DNA from: Clostridia bacterium | GTDB taxonomy: Bacteria > Bacillota > Clostridia > RGIG6154 | Assembly: GCA_045605445.1 (NCBI GenBank) | Contig: JAZUPZ010000029.1 | Coordinates: forward strand, 26,265 to 90,264 | Direction: 5' to 3' | DNA length: 64,000 nucleotides | Part shown: piece after piece, positions 36,541-46,815 of the stretch | Numbering within the stretch: the stretch's first letter is position 1 | Layout: each line of letters opens with the position of its first letter | Notes under the pieces: model-generated | Databases searched by the model: none | Told to the model about the DNA's origin: nothing | The model's input: only the letters and a program-made list of their open reading frames with translations | Position numbers and translations under genes: made by a program

Positions 36541-39312
36541 ATGAAAAATACACAGCAAAAAGCAGCTGCAAAAAAATTTGTTGAATACTGGAAAGATAAA
36601 GGTTATGAAAAGGGCGAAAGTCAACCCTTCTGGCTTGAATTGCTTGAAAGCGTGTTCGGAATTGAAAATCCTGCTCATTATATAAAGTTTGAAGAGCAGG
36701 TTCACCTTGATCATACAAGCTTTATTGACGGGCATATTCCCGCAACTCATGTTTTAATTGAACAAAAGGGAAGAAATAAGGATTTAAGAAAGGGTATAAA
36801 GCAGTCCGACGGAAGCTTTCTTACTCCTTTTCAGCAGGCACAGCGCTATTCGGCTGTTTTGCCATACTCTCAGAGACCTCGCTGGATAGTAACCTGCAAC
36901 TTTGAAGAATTTTTGATTTACGATATGGAAAAGCCCACCGGTGAACCGGAAAGTATTCTTCTTGAAAACCTTGAAAAAGAGTATTATCGTTTGCAGTTCC
37001 TTGTAGATGCTCAGGACGATAACGTAAAAAAAGAAATGGAAATATCCATTCAGGCGGGAAAAATAGTAGGCGTTTTATACGACGAGCTTCTTAAACAGTA
37101 TAACGATGCTGAAAGCGAAGAAATACTGAAAAGCCTTAATATGCTTTGTGTTCGCCTTGTTTTCTGTCTTTATGCTGAAGATGCCGGTATTTTTGGCGGA
37201 CATAATAAATTTCATAACTACTTAAAAGCAACTCCCGTCAAATATGCAAGACAGGCATTGATTGACCTTTTTAAGGTTCTTGATACAAAAGTTGAGGACA
37301 GAGACAGATATATGGACGAAGCTCTGGCTCAGTTTCCTTATGTGAACGGGGGCTTGTTTGCCGATGAAAAAATAATAATTCCGCCCCTTAATGAAAAAAT
37401 AATCAATCTTATTCTTGAAAAAGCAAGTGAAGATTTTGACTGGTCAGATATTTCTCCTACCATTTTCGGCGCCGTATTTGAAAGCACGTTAAACCCCGAA
37501 ACAAGGCGTTCCGGCGGAATGCACTACACCTCTATTGAAAATATTCATAAGGTTATTGACCCGCTTTTTCTTGATGAACTGAAGGAAGAGCTCGAGGAAA
37601 TAAAAGACCTGAAGGTTCAGAAAACAAAAGAGGCAAAGCTTTACGGCTTTATTGAAAAAATTTCAAAACTTAATTTTCTTGACCCTGCCTGCGGAAGCGG
37701 AAATTTTCTTACAGAAACCTATATTTCTTTAAGACGTCTTGAAAATGAAGCAATAAGAGAAATAACAAACGGGGAAATTCTCTTTGACACGGTAATTGAT
37801 ATAAAGGTTTCAATAAAACAGTTTTACGGAATTGAAATTAACGATTTTGCCGTAACAGTAGCAAAAACAGCTCTCTGGATTGCAGAAAGTCAAATGCTTA
37901 AAGAAACAGAGGAAATAATTCATATGAATCTCGATTTTCTGCCGCTTAAATCTTATGCCAACATTGTTGAGGGCAACGCCCTCCGACTTAACTGGAACGA
38001 TGTCATACCTAAAGAAAATCTTAACTACATTATGGGCAATCCGCCGTTTGTTGGTACAAAAATGATGGTAGCCGAACAGAAGCAAGATACAAAGGCGGTA
38101 ATTGGTGAATGGAAAAACTATGGCACTTTGGATTATGTTGCTTGTTGGTACAAAAAGGCTACAGATTATATTACTGATACAAGAATAAAGTGTGCCTTTG
38201 TTTCAACCAATTCTATATGTCAAGGAGAGCAGGTAACGCACCTTTGGAAACCTTTGTTTGATGCGGGAATACAAATTGTCTTTGCTCATGGCACTTTCCA
38301 ATGGGACAGCGAAGCGTCGTTAAAGGCTCATGTTCATTGTGTTATTGTTGGCTTTGCTATGTCAAATGTTATTTTGGATAAATATTTGTTTGATAACGGT
38401 AGATACAGAAAAGTGAATAATATAAATGGCTATCTTGTTGAAGCACCGAGTGTGTTCATTGAAAATCGCAAACAACCGCTATGCGATGTTGCGGCTATGC
38501 ACAACGGTTGTAAATTTTTGGACGATGGCAACTATGTGTTTACTAAAGAAGAAATGCTCGATTTTATTTCAAAAGACCCTGTGGCAAAGCTATTTATCAG
38601 ACCGTATTTAGGGGCACAAAACTTTATTAGTGGAGAAAAATTATTTTGTATATGGTTGAAAAATGCTGACCCGTCAGAAATGCGGAGGTCGCATTTGGTT
38701 ATGGAACGAGTAAGAAAAGTTAAAGAATTCAGACTGTCTTGCAATAGTCCGGACACTCAAAAATATGCTGAACGCCCCACGCTACCTACAAGACTTGCAT
38801 ATTATAGTGCGGATAGAAATACAGATGTACTTTTGGTTCCTATTGTTTCTTCTCAAAGGCGGAAGTATCTCCCGATTGGTTATGTGGATAAGGATACCAT
38901 TGTATCGTATTCTTGTATGGTAATTCCAGAAGCAACGACGTATCAATTTGGAATTTTGGAATCGAATGTTCATACCGCTTGGATGCGCACCTTCTGCGGT
39001 AGACTGAAAAGTGATTATAGATACTCAAATACGATTGTCTACAACAACTTCCCTTGGCCGTCGCCAACAGAGGAACAAAAGGCGAAAATTGAAGAAACTG
39101 CTCAGGCGATACTTAATGCAAGGGCGCTTTATCCCGATTGTTCTCTGGCAGATTTGTATGACGAGCTTACAATGCCTCCCGAGCTCAGGAAGGCACATCA
39201 GGAGAATGATAAGGCGGTTATGAGAGCCTACGGTTTTGATGTTAAAACCACAACCGAATCTTCCTGTGTTGCAGAGCTTATGAAAATGTATCAGAAATTA
39301 ACAGAAAAATAA
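36541..39312 (+). CDS. MmeI-family Type IIL (type IIG) restriction-modification enzyme: N-terminal endonuclease, N6-adenine methyltransferase, C-terminal target recognition domain
   Basis: The N-terminus is MmeI-like (PFWLELLESVFGI...HVLIEQKGRNKDL, D...EXK), an NPPF methyltransferase motif is present (YIMGNPPFVG), and the length of 923 aa is similar to MmeI. Confidence 0.8.
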   Translation: MKNTQQKAAAKKFVEYWKDKGYEKGESQPFWLELLESVFGIENPAHYIKFEEQVHLDHTSFIDGHIPATHVLIEQKGRNKDLRKGIKQSDGSFLTPFQQAQRYSAVLPYSQRPRWIVTCNFEEFLIYDMEKPTGEPESILLENLEKEYYRLQFLVDAQDDNVKKEMEISIQAGKIVGVLYDELLKQYNDAESEEILKSLNMLCVRLVFCLYAEDAGIFGGHNKFHNYLKATPVKYARQALIDLFKVLDTKVEDRDRYMDEALAQFPYVNGGLFADEKIIIPPLNEKIINLILEKASEDFDWSDISPTIFGAVFESTLNPETRRSGGMHYTSIENIHKVIDPLFLDELKEELEEIKDLKVQKTKEAKLYGFIEKISKLNFLDPACGSGNFLTETYISLRRLENEAIREITNGEILFDTVIDIKVSIKQFYGIEINDFAVTVAKTALWIAESQMLKETEEIIHMNLDFLPLKSYANIVEGNALRLNWNDVIPKENLNYIMGNPPFVGTKMMVAEQKQDTKAVIGEWKNYGTLDYVACWYKKATDYITDTRIKCAFVSTNSICQGEQVTHLWKPLFDAGIQIVFAHGTFQWDSEASLKAHVHCVIVGFAMSNVILDKYLFDNGRYRKVNNINGYLVEAPSVFIENRKQPLCDVAAMHNGCKFLDDGNYVFTKEEMLDFISKDPVAKLFIRPYLGAQNFISGEKLFCIWLKNADPSEMRRSHLVMERVRKVKEFRLSCNSPDTQKYAERPTLPTRLAYYSADRNTDVLLVPIVSSQRRKYLPIGYVDKDTIVSYSCMVIPEATTYQFGILESNVHTAWMRTFCGRLKSDYRYSNTIVYNNFPWPSPTEEQKAKIEETAQAILNARALYPDCSLADLYDELTMPPELRKAHQENDKAVMRAYGFDVKTTTESSCVAELMKMYQKLTEK

Positions 39313-39318
39313 AATCAA

Positions 39319-39350
39319 AACAAACACCGACAGAAATCTGTCGATGTTTG
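39319..39350. terminator. Hairpin terminator (13-bp stem caaacaccgacag/ctgtcggtgtttg, one G-U) serving mscL and possibly the RM gene
   Basis: On the minus strand the stem is followed by ttttgatttt. Confidence 0.55.
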
Positions 39351-39358
39351 CACGTTCA

Positions 39359-39386
39359 CTATTAACTATTATCTATTAACTATTAT
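39359..39386 (+). repeat. Perfect 2-copy 14-bp tandem repeat ctattaactattat
   Basis: The repeat lies in the intergenic region between the RM gene and mscL. Confidence 0.6.
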
Positions 39387-39397
39387 CTGAAAAAAGA

Positions 39398-39793
39398 TTA
39401 GCAATCTTTTTTCAAAAGGTCTCTTATTTCTTCAAGAAGCTTTATATCTGCAGGGGTTTCTTCCACTATTTCTTCAACAATCTCTTCTTTTTTACCCAGA
39501 GTTTTGAGCTTGTTAATTGTTTTAACAACAAAGAAAAGACAAACCGCAACAATTAAGAAGTTTACAAAATTCTGGATAAGATTTCCGTATTTAATCTGGG
39601 AATCGCCGATGGTAATTGCAAGCCCCGTAAAGTCCTTTCCGCCAATGATTACGCCTACAAGGGGCATAATGATATCGTCAACAATTGACTTTACAATGGT
39701 GGTGAAGGCAGTACCGATAACCATACCGATAGCCAGGTCGAGCATATTGCCTTTAATGGCAAATTCCTTGAATTCAGCTAATAACTTTTTCAT
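39398..39793 (-). CDS. mscL: Large-conductance mechanosensitive channel
   Basis: The MscL signature is MLKEFKEFA.KGNMLDLAIGMVIGTAFT. I placed the start at MKKLLAEF, which has an AAAGGAG RBS. Confidence 0.9.
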   Translation of the reverse strand: MKKLLAEFKEFAIKGNMLDLAIGMVIGTAFTTIVKSIVDDIIMPLVGVIIGGKDFTGLAITIGDSQIKYGNLIQNFVNFLIVAVCLFFVVKTINKLKTLGKKEEIVEEIVEETPADIKLLEEIRDLLKKDC

Positions 39794-40050
39794 ACAAAAT
39801 CTCCTTTTTGCTGAATTTGTACCCAAAGGTACAAAATCCGACATTTTTTATGCTTAAAAGATATCATAAAAAAAGCCTTGTGTCAAGGGAATAAAGGACA
39901 TTATTTTGTTGACAAAAGGAGTGTAAATATATATAATATATTATAGGTATGTTTAGTTGGGCCGGTCTTGAATTTTTATCCGCATATCGTTGACGGTTTT
40001 TTTGTTCCTGATCTGCCGAACTTTTATTTTTTACCTGAGGAGAAATTATT

Positions 40051-41244
40051 ATGAGAAATATTCAGTTTTCGCCACCCGATATTTCCGAAGAGGAAATAAA
40101 AAAGGTCGGGGAGGCTTTGAGGTCCGGTTGGATTACAACGGGGCCTATGACTAAAGACTTTGAAAGAAGAGTAGCAGACTATTGTAACACAAACAGAGCG
40201 GTTTGTCTTAATTCCCAGACGGCGTGTGCCGAAATGACCCTTCGTCTGCTGGGAGTGGGCGAGGGTGACGAGGTTATTACCACCGCTTATACATACACTG
40301 CTACGGCGTCGGTAATCTGTCACACAGGTGCGACGCCTGTTCTTGTTGACACAAAAAAAGACAGCTTTGAAATTGACATAGAAAAAGCCGCAGAGCTTAT
40401 AAACGAGAAAACAAAAGTTATAATTCCCGTTGATATAGCGGGAGTTCCTTGCGATTACGACAAAATTTTCCAAATGGTGGAAAGCAAAAAAAGCCTTTTT
40501 AAACCTAACAACGAAATTCAGAAGGCTTTCGGAAGAGTAATTGTTATGGCTGACGGAGCACACTCCTTTGGTGCAACCTACAAGGGCAAAAAAGCGGGAA
40601 GCGTTGCAGACTTTACAAATTTTTCCTTCCATGCGGTTAAAAATTTAACAACCGCCGAGGGCGGAGCCGTTGCCTGGAAAGATATAGAGGGAATTGACAA
40701 CGAGGAGCTTTATAAACAGTATATGCTTTTATCCCTTCACGGTCAGTCAAAGGATGCTCTGGCGAAAACAAAGCCCGGTGCCTGGGAATACGACATTGTT
40801 GCTCCCAACTATAAGTGTAATATGACCGACGTTGTTGCGGCAATAGGCCATGTTCAGCTTGACAGATATGATGCTCTTCTTGCAAAGAGAAGAAAATACA
40901 TAGAAATGTATAACGAGGCTTTGAAAACTTTAAACGTTCAGGTGCTTGATCACTATAACAGCGAGCATATGTCAAGCGGCCATCTTTATCTTATGAGGCT
41001 TCTTGGCAAAGACTGCGATTTCAGAAATGAATTTATAGTTAAAATGGCTGAGCAGGGAGTTGCAACAAATGTTCACTACAAGCCCCTTCCTCTGCTTACT
41101 GCATATAAAAACCTCGGCTTCGACATAAAGAATTTTCCAAATGCTTATGATATGTATAAAAACGAGGTTTCGCTTCCGCTCAACACGAAAATGACGGAGG
41201 ATGACGTTTTGTATGTTGCGGAAAAAATCCGCTCAATTTTGTAA
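40051..41244 (+). CDS. DegT/DnrJ/EryC1-family PLP-dependent sugar aminotransferase (NDP-4-keto-sugar transaminase, PglE/WbpE/ArnB-like)
   Basis: It has the DegT fold and a conserved Lys region (FSFHAVKNLTTAEGG), with an RBS gaggag. Confidence 0.85.
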   Translation: MRNIQFSPPDISEEEIKKVGEALRSGWITTGPMTKDFERRVADYCNTNRAVCLNSQTACAEMTLRLLGVGEGDEVITTAYTYTATASVICHTGATPVLVDTKKDSFEIDIEKAAELINEKTKVIIPVDIAGVPCDYDKIFQMVESKKSLFKPNNEIQKAFGRVIVMADGAHSFGATYKGKKAGSVADFTNFSFHAVKNLTTAEGGAVAWKDIEGIDNEELYKQYMLLSLHGQSKDALAKTKPGAWEYDIVAPNYKCNMTDVVAAIGHVQLDRYDALLAKRRKYIEMYNEALKTLNVQVLDHYNSEHMSSGHLYLMRLLGKDCDFRNEFIVKMAEQGVATNVHYKPLPLLTAYKNLGFDIKNFPNAYDMYKNEVSLPLNTKMTEDDVLYVAEKIRSIL

Positions 41245-41257
41245 GGGGGAACAGATT

Positions 41258-41893
41258 TTGTATAAGTGTTTTTTTAAGAGATTTTTTGATATTGTTATTT
41301 CGTTTTTCGGTGTTCTTGCGTTCTTACTTGTTTTCATAATAGTTGCACCAATTATTCATTTTACCGACGGAGGTCCTGTTTTCTACAATGCACAGAGAAG
41401 GGGAAGAAACGGCGAGGTTTTCAAAATGTATAAATTCCGTTCAATGAAGGTAAACTCGCCCGACCTTCGCAATGCCGACGGCTCTACATATAACGGCGAT
41501 AACGATCCCAGAGTTACAAAAATCGGAAGAATACTGAGAAAAACCAGCCTTGATGAAATTCCTCAGGTGCTCAATATTTTTCTTGGCGATATGAGCATCG
41601 TTGGTCCTCGTCCGGTGCTTCCTACAAAGCCCGTTGACAGAACCGATGAAATGAGAATGAAAAGGTTCAGCGTAAGACCCGGTCTTACAGGATATAATCA
41701 GGCATATTTCAGAAATTCCGTTGATCAGGAAACAAAGCTTAAAAACGACTGCTACTATGTTGACCATCTTACCTTTATGATGGACGTTAAGGTTATTTTT
41801 GTAACTGCATTAAACGTTCTCAGAAGAAAAAATGTTTACGTTGAACAGGGTGAAACTCATATTGCGCCCGAAAAGGAAGAGGTTAACAAATAA
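41258..41893 (+). CDS. Undecaprenyl-phosphate sugar phosphotransferase, small PglC/WbaP-C-terminal type (priming transferase)
   Basis: FKRFFDIVISFFGVL...KMYKFRSM...PRVTKIGRILRKTSLDELPQ is the bacterial sugar-transferase signature. I chose the TTG start at 41258 with an RBS agggggaa. Confidence 0.8.
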   Translation: MYKCFFKRFFDIVISFFGVLAFLLVFIIVAPIIHFTDGGPVFYNAQRRGRNGEVFKMYKFRSMKVNSPDLRNADGSTYNGDNDPRVTKIGRILRKTSLDEIPQVLNIFLGDMSIVGPRPVLPTKPVDRTDEMRMKRFSVRPGLTGYNQAYFRNSVDQETKLKNDCYYVDHLTFMMDVKVIFVTALNVLRRKNVYVEQGETHIAPEKEEVNK

Positions 41894-43074
41894 TGAAAAA
41901 GCTAATGGTAATCGGAGCCTCTGTGCTTCAGCTTCCTGCAATAAAAAGAGGCAAGGAGCTGGGCTTTGAGGTTGCCGCCGTAGACTACGATGAAAATGCC
42001 GTAGGCATAAAGTATGCAGATAAATTTTATAATATCAGTACAATCGATGCCGAGGGCGTTACCGAAGCGGCAAAGGATTTTAAGGCAAACGGAATAATGA
42101 CTCTTGCCTCTGATATGCCTATGCGCAGTGTTGCAAGGGCGGGAAAAGAGCTGGGACTTCCGGCAATTTCCGAAGAAACTGCAATTTGTGCTACCGATAA
42201 AGGAGAAATGATAAAATGCTTCAAAAAATGCGGTGTTCCTTCTCCCTGGTATTTTATTGCAAAAGACAAAAAAGAATTTGAAGAGCTTCTTGAAAAGGTT
42301 GAGTATCCCTGCATAATGAAGCCTCTTGACAATTCGGGAAGCCGTGGAATTATCCTTGCCAAAAGCAAAGAAGAACTCAAAGAAGGCTATGAATACAGCT
42401 CTTCAAACTCAAGAGGAGCGGGAGTAATAGTTGAAGAGTTTCTTACAGGAAAGGAAATAAGCGTTGAGGTTATGACCGTTAACGGCAAAGCGTATGTTCT
42501 TGCAGTTACCGATAAAACCACGACCGGTCATCCTCACTTCGTTGAAACGGGACACGCTCAGCAGTCTGAGTTTACCGGCGAAATAAGAAAACAAATTGAA
42601 GAGGTTGCAAAAAAAGCAGTTTTCTCAGTAGGAATAGAAAACGGACCTGCCCACGTTGAAATGATGGTAACGGACAAGGGGCCGAAAATGATTGAGCTTG
42701 GTGCCCGAATGGGCGGCGACTGTATAACAACCCATCTTGTTCCCCTTTCAACGGGAATTGATATGGTTGAAGCAACCATAAGGGTTGCCTGCGGTGAAAC
42801 TCCCGACCTTGAAAAGAAGTTTGACAAGGGCAGCGCAATAAGATATTTCAATGTGCCAAAAGGAAAAATAAAAGAAATAAAAGGCGTTGAAGAGGCAGAA
42901 AAGCTTGAAGGTGTAAAGGAAATTACCTTTGTTAAAAATGTTGGCGACGAGGCGGTTGAAATCAACAGTTCTGCCGACAGAGTGGGTTTTATTATCGCTC
43001 AGGGAAGAGATGCCTTCGAGGCAAAGGAAATCTGCAAAAAAGCGATGGAAATGATAAAAATAGTAATTGAGTAG
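41893..43074 (+). CDS. ATP-grasp ligase (carboxylate-amine ligase type) 1
   Basis: ATP-grasp motifs are present (EYPCIMKPLDNSGSRGI, EEFL.G.E.SVE). Confidence 0.75.
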   Translation: MKKLMVIGASVLQLPAIKRGKELGFEVAAVDYDENAVGIKYADKFYNISTIDAEGVTEAAKDFKANGIMTLASDMPMRSVARAGKELGLPAISEETAICATDKGEMIKCFKKCGVPSPWYFIAKDKKEFEELLEKVEYPCIMKPLDNSGSRGIILAKSKEELKEGYEYSSSNSRGAGVIVEEFLTGKEISVEVMTVNGKAYVLAVTDKTTTGHPHFVETGHAQQSEFTGEIRKQIEEVAKKAVFSVGIENGPAHVEMMVTDKGPKMIELGARMGGDCITTHLVPLSTGIDMVEATIRVACGETPDLEKKFDKGSAIRYFNVPKGKIKEIKGVEEAEKLEGVKEITFVKNVGDEAVEINSSADRVGFIIAQGRDAFEAKEICKKAMEMIKIVIE

Positions 43075-43083
43075 GTGTGAATT

Positions 43084-44382
43084 ATGGATTTAAAAAATAA
43101 AACACTGCTTCTTATGGGCGGCGGTGCTTATGCAAAAGGACTTAAAAAATATAAAGACGAAAAGGGCTTTAAAATGATTGCCGTTGGCAGAGATGCCGAC
43201 ACTCCTCTCAGCAGAATAGCAGACGAGTTTTATCAGATTAACACTCAGGATGTTGATGCAGTATCAAAGCTTGTTGAGGAAAAGGGAATCGACGGAATTT
43301 TTGTAGGCTCCTCAGAGGTTAATATCGACCCTGCAATAAAGGTTGCAGAAAGAACCGGCGCAAGATTTTACACCGACAGAAAACAGTGGGACCTTATTTC
43401 AAACAAGGCAAGATTCAAGGAGTTCAGCAGAAAGAACAATGTTCCCGTTGTTCCCGAATTCAGACTTACAAAGGAATTAAAAGAGGAAGACCTTGAAAAG
43501 CTCGTTTTTCCGATAATGATAAAGCCTGTTGACAGCAGCGGTGCCAGAGGTCTTTATGTGTGCTACACAAAAGAGGACCTGCTTAAAAATTACAGCGAAG
43601 CCTTAAAGTGGTCACAAAGCGGAGAAATTATCGTTGAGAAGCTTATAACCGACAGCGACGAGGTTTTCTTTTACTACACAATGCAGGACGGAAACTACAG
43701 CCTTTCTGCGGCGTTTACAAAGCATAAAGTTATATCTGGAAGTGAATATGTTGATGCAACCCTTCCTATTTTCCATATGTACCCCTGCAAATACGTTCCC
43801 GAATTTTTAAGGGATGTTGACCCGGGCGTTAAAAAAATGTTCAGGGAAATGGGACTCAAAAACGGCGTTATAATGCTTCAGGGCTTTGTAAACAAAGAAG
43901 GAAAATTCTGCTTCTTCGAGTCGGGCTTCAGAATGGGCGGCGAGCAGATGTATATTTTAACCGATTATCAGTGGGGAATTAACTCCCTTGAAATGATGGT
44001 TAACTATGCCCTTACCGGAAGTATGGCAGATTTTGATATAAGCGAAAAAGACGATGCAAGGTTCAGACATCCCTGCTGCAACTACTATGTAAGCCTTAAA
44101 TCAGGGGTAATAAAGGAAATGAACGGCATTGAAGAGGTTGAAAAAATGCCTGAGGTTCTTAATGTAACCGTAATGAGTCAGCCGGGAGACGTTATTCCCG
44201 AAACTAATGCGCTTGAACGTTGCTGTCTCAGAATTCACGTTGTGGGAGAAACAAAGGAAAAGCTTGCAAAGGCTCTTGAAAAAATCAGCGCAACCTTAAG
44301 AATTATCTCAACAGAAAACGAAGAAATGCAGATTGAGCATCTTACATATGAAAGATGCCTCGATGCAATAGAAAGGTCTTAA
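43084..44382 (+). CDS. ATP-grasp ligase 2
   Basis: ATP-grasp motifs are present (FPIMIKPVDSSGARGL, VEKLI.....FFYY). It is paralogous to the upstream gene. Confidence 0.75.
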   Translation: MDLKNKTLLLMGGGAYAKGLKKYKDEKGFKMIAVGRDADTPLSRIADEFYQINTQDVDAVSKLVEEKGIDGIFVGSSEVNIDPAIKVAERTGARFYTDRKQWDLISNKARFKEFSRKNNVPVVPEFRLTKELKEEDLEKLVFPIMIKPVDSSGARGLYVCYTKEDLLKNYSEALKWSQSGEIIVEKLITDSDEVFFYYTMQDGNYSLSAAFTKHKVISGSEYVDATLPIFHMYPCKYVPEFLRDVDPGVKKMFREMGLKNGVIMLQGFVNKEGKFCFFESGFRMGGEQMYILTDYQWGINSLEMMVNYALTGSMADFDISEKDDARFRHPCCNYYVSLKSGVIKEMNGIEEVEKMPEVLNVTVMSQPGDVIPETNALERCCLRIHVVGETKEKLAKALEKISATLRIISTENEEMQIEHLTYERCLDAIERS

Positions 44383-44385
44383 ATT

Positions 44386-45732
44386 ATGATTCACGCAACA
44401 AAGCTTCTTGCTGAATTTGTGTATAATCTTAAATTTGAAAATATTAAAAAAAGCGACGTTGAATATACAAAGCTGCTTATAATGGACTACTTTGCCGCTT
44501 CCTTTGCGGGAATTAAGGTCAACAAGGTCTACAATCGTGCAGTAGAGGAAATAATCTGCGGAATGGGCGGAAAAGAGGAGGCTTCGGTGCTTAATTCAGC
44601 CAAAAAGCTTCCCTTGCTGAATGCAGCATTTGTAAATGCAACCTATGCTCACGGTGCCGATATGGACGACGGTCACAAAAGGGCAATGGGACATGTGGGA
44701 GCTCACGTTATTTCAGCAGTTTTTGCTCTTGCTCAAACGTTGAACGTTTCCGGTAAAGAGGTTTTAACGGCAATTGTTGCGGGCTATGAAATTTATGTAA
44801 GAGTGTCTGCAGCGGCTCAGCCGGGCCTTGTAAACAGAGGCTTCCATTCAACGGGAACTGCAGGAGCAGTTGCCTGTGCGGCGGCTTGTGCAAAGCTCCT
44901 TAAGCTTGATGCAAAAGGGATTTACAATTCAATGGCAATTTCCGTAACTCAGGCAAGCGGGCTTATGATTATCGCCGAAAGCGGACAAATGATAAAGCCG
45001 CTTAATCCTGCAAGGGCGGCTCAGGGCGGAATTCTGTCAGCCCTTATGACAAAAAAAGGAGTTGTGGGCGGAGACTTTCCTCTTGAAAGCGAAAAGGGAT
45101 GGTTCCACGCTATGACCGACTCCGTTGACGAGGGAATGATAACAAAGGGACTGGGCGAAAGCCTTGAGGTAAGCCAGTGCTACTTTAAGCCATATCCTTC
45201 CTGCCGTCATACTCACGGGGGCGTTGAGGCGGCTCTTGAACTGAGAAAAGGAATTAACATAAACGAAATTGAAAAAATTACTCTTTACACATATAAAAAT
45301 GCAATAAAAATTGCGGGGCAGATAGAAATTCCCGAAAAAGAGGGAGACTCGAAATTTTCTATTCACTATGCCCTTGCCTGCGCTATTGCAAGAGGCCATT
45401 TCGGTCTTTCAGACCTTGCCCTTGAAAATAACGGAGATGTTATTGCCTTTGTTTCAAAAATTCAGCTTGTTGAAGATCCGGGTATGGAAATAAAGGAAAA
45501 GGGAATAAGAGGCGCAAGACTTGAAATTACAATGAAGGACAAGAGAGTGCTTGAAAAAACGGTACTTGTTCCAAAGGGCGATCCCGAAAGCCCCTTCACA
45601 GTTGAGGATATGAAGGAAAAGCTTGAAGGCTGTGCAGGAAAAGATTTCGGAGAAAATATTGCCGACAGGGTTATTGACTATGTAAACAATATTGAATTTC
45701 AGGACAAGTTCCGATATATAAGAGAGGGTTAA
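44386..45732 (+). CDS. MmgE/PrpD-family protein (2-methylcitrate dehydratase / cis-aconitate decarboxylase superfamily)
   Basis: The N-terminal LAEFV..L.FE.I....V...K....D..A....G and the overall length are typical of MmgE/PrpD. Confidence 0.8.
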   Translation: MIHATKLLAEFVYNLKFENIKKSDVEYTKLLIMDYFAASFAGIKVNKVYNRAVEEIICGMGGKEEASVLNSAKKLPLLNAAFVNATYAHGADMDDGHKRAMGHVGAHVISAVFALAQTLNVSGKEVLTAIVAGYEIYVRVSAAAQPGLVNRGFHSTGTAGAVACAAACAKLLKLDAKGIYNSMAISVTQASGLMIIAESGQMIKPLNPARAAQGGILSALMTKKGVVGGDFPLESEKGWFHAMTDSVDEGMITKGLGESLEVSQCYFKPYPSCRHTHGGVEAALELRKGININEIEKITLYTYKNAIKIAGQIEIPEKEGDSKFSIHYALACAIARGHFGLSDLALENNGDVIAFVSKIQLVEDPGMEIKEKGIRGARLEITMKDKRVLEKTVLVPKGDPESPFTVEDMKEKLEGCAGKDFGENIADRVIDYVNNIEFQDKFRYIREG

Positions 45733-45735
45733 AAA

Positions 45736-46815
45736 ATGAGTATTATAAACAAGCTTCAAAGCGCATCAATGACTGCGAGAAAAATAAGAAGAAAAATTCT
45801 TGTTAAAAAGTCGAACAAAAGCTATTTTAAAAAATTAAAGGACCACGGTATTCCCTTAAGGGAGCTTTCTTCTGAACAGAAAAAGCAGATTGACGGGGTT
45901 TACAAAAAATATAATTTTAAATATGGCTACGATACTCACAGGCTTATCTATTCGGTGACCGGAAATTTTGATCCTTATTTTATGCCCGAGGATATGTTCC
46001 GTCAGATTGAGCTTAAACTCAACGATCCGGAGCTTAAAGGTGCCTGGTCAGACAAGAGCTATTTTGACTTTTTCTTCCCGGAAATAAGATTTCCCGTGAC
46101 CGTTGTAAGAAACATTGCGGGTACCTTCTATGATAAAGACTATAATATAATTTCAGCGGAAAAGGCAAAGGAAATTGTTTCAGCATACGATAAATTTGCA
46201 ATAAAGCCCTCCCTTGATAACGGAACGGGCAAAGGGGTTGCTCTCGGCACAAAAGAGGACGACCTTGACAAAATGTTTAAAAAATATAAAAGAGATTACG
46301 TTATTCAGGAGGTAATCAAACAGCATAAGAACATTGCTCAGTTTAATGAATCCTCCGTTAACGTTGTAAGATTTATAAGCCTTTTTGTAAACGACAGGGT
46401 TGTTCCCGTAATGGCGGCATTAAGAGTTGGCGCAAAGGGAGCTTTTAACGACAACTCAATCTCAAAAGAGGGCGAGGGTATGCTTGTAATCGGCATCGAC
46501 GAAAAGGGATGCCTTAAAAAAGATGCCTATATGTCCTGCGGTATGAGGGTTGAAGAGTCTCACAGCGGAGTAAGATTCGAAGGGGTTCAGATTCCCGGCT
46601 TTGAAAAAATGAAGGAAATAATTGTAAAGGGTCACAGCAAAATGCCGAACTTCAAGTTCGTTGCCTGGGATTTTGCCGTTGATGAAAACGGCGAGGTTCT
46701 TGTTATGGAATATAACATAAAAGGTCCCGGAGTGCTCTATTATCAGTATGTTAACGGTCCGCTTTTTGCAGAGTATACCGATGAATTATTAAAATATGTT
46801 CAGGAGAAGTTGTAA
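45736..46815 (+). CDS. Sugar-transfer-associated ATP-grasp protein (TupA-like), tentative
   Basis: Its size, its glycan-locus context and the C-terminal FVAWDFAVDENGEVLVMEYN / VVRFISLF segments resemble the ATP-grasp_TupA family. Confidence 0.45.
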   Translation: MSIINKLQSASMTARKIRRKILVKKSNKSYFKKLKDHGIPLRELSSEQKKQIDGVYKKYNFKYGYDTHRLIYSVTGNFDPYFMPEDMFRQIELKLNDPELKGAWSDKSYFDFFFPEIRFPVTVVRNIAGTFYDKDYNIISAEKAKEIVSAYDKFAIKPSLDNGTGKGVALGTKEDDLDKMFKKYKRDYVIQEVIKQHKNIAQFNESSVNVVRFISLFVNDRVVPVMAALRVGAKGAFNDNSISKEGEGMLVIGIDEKGCLKKDAYMSCGMRVEESHSGVRFEGVQIPGFEKMKEIIVKGHSKMPNFKFVAWDFAVDENGEVLVMEYNIKGPGVLYYQYVNGPLFAEYTDELLKYVQEKL

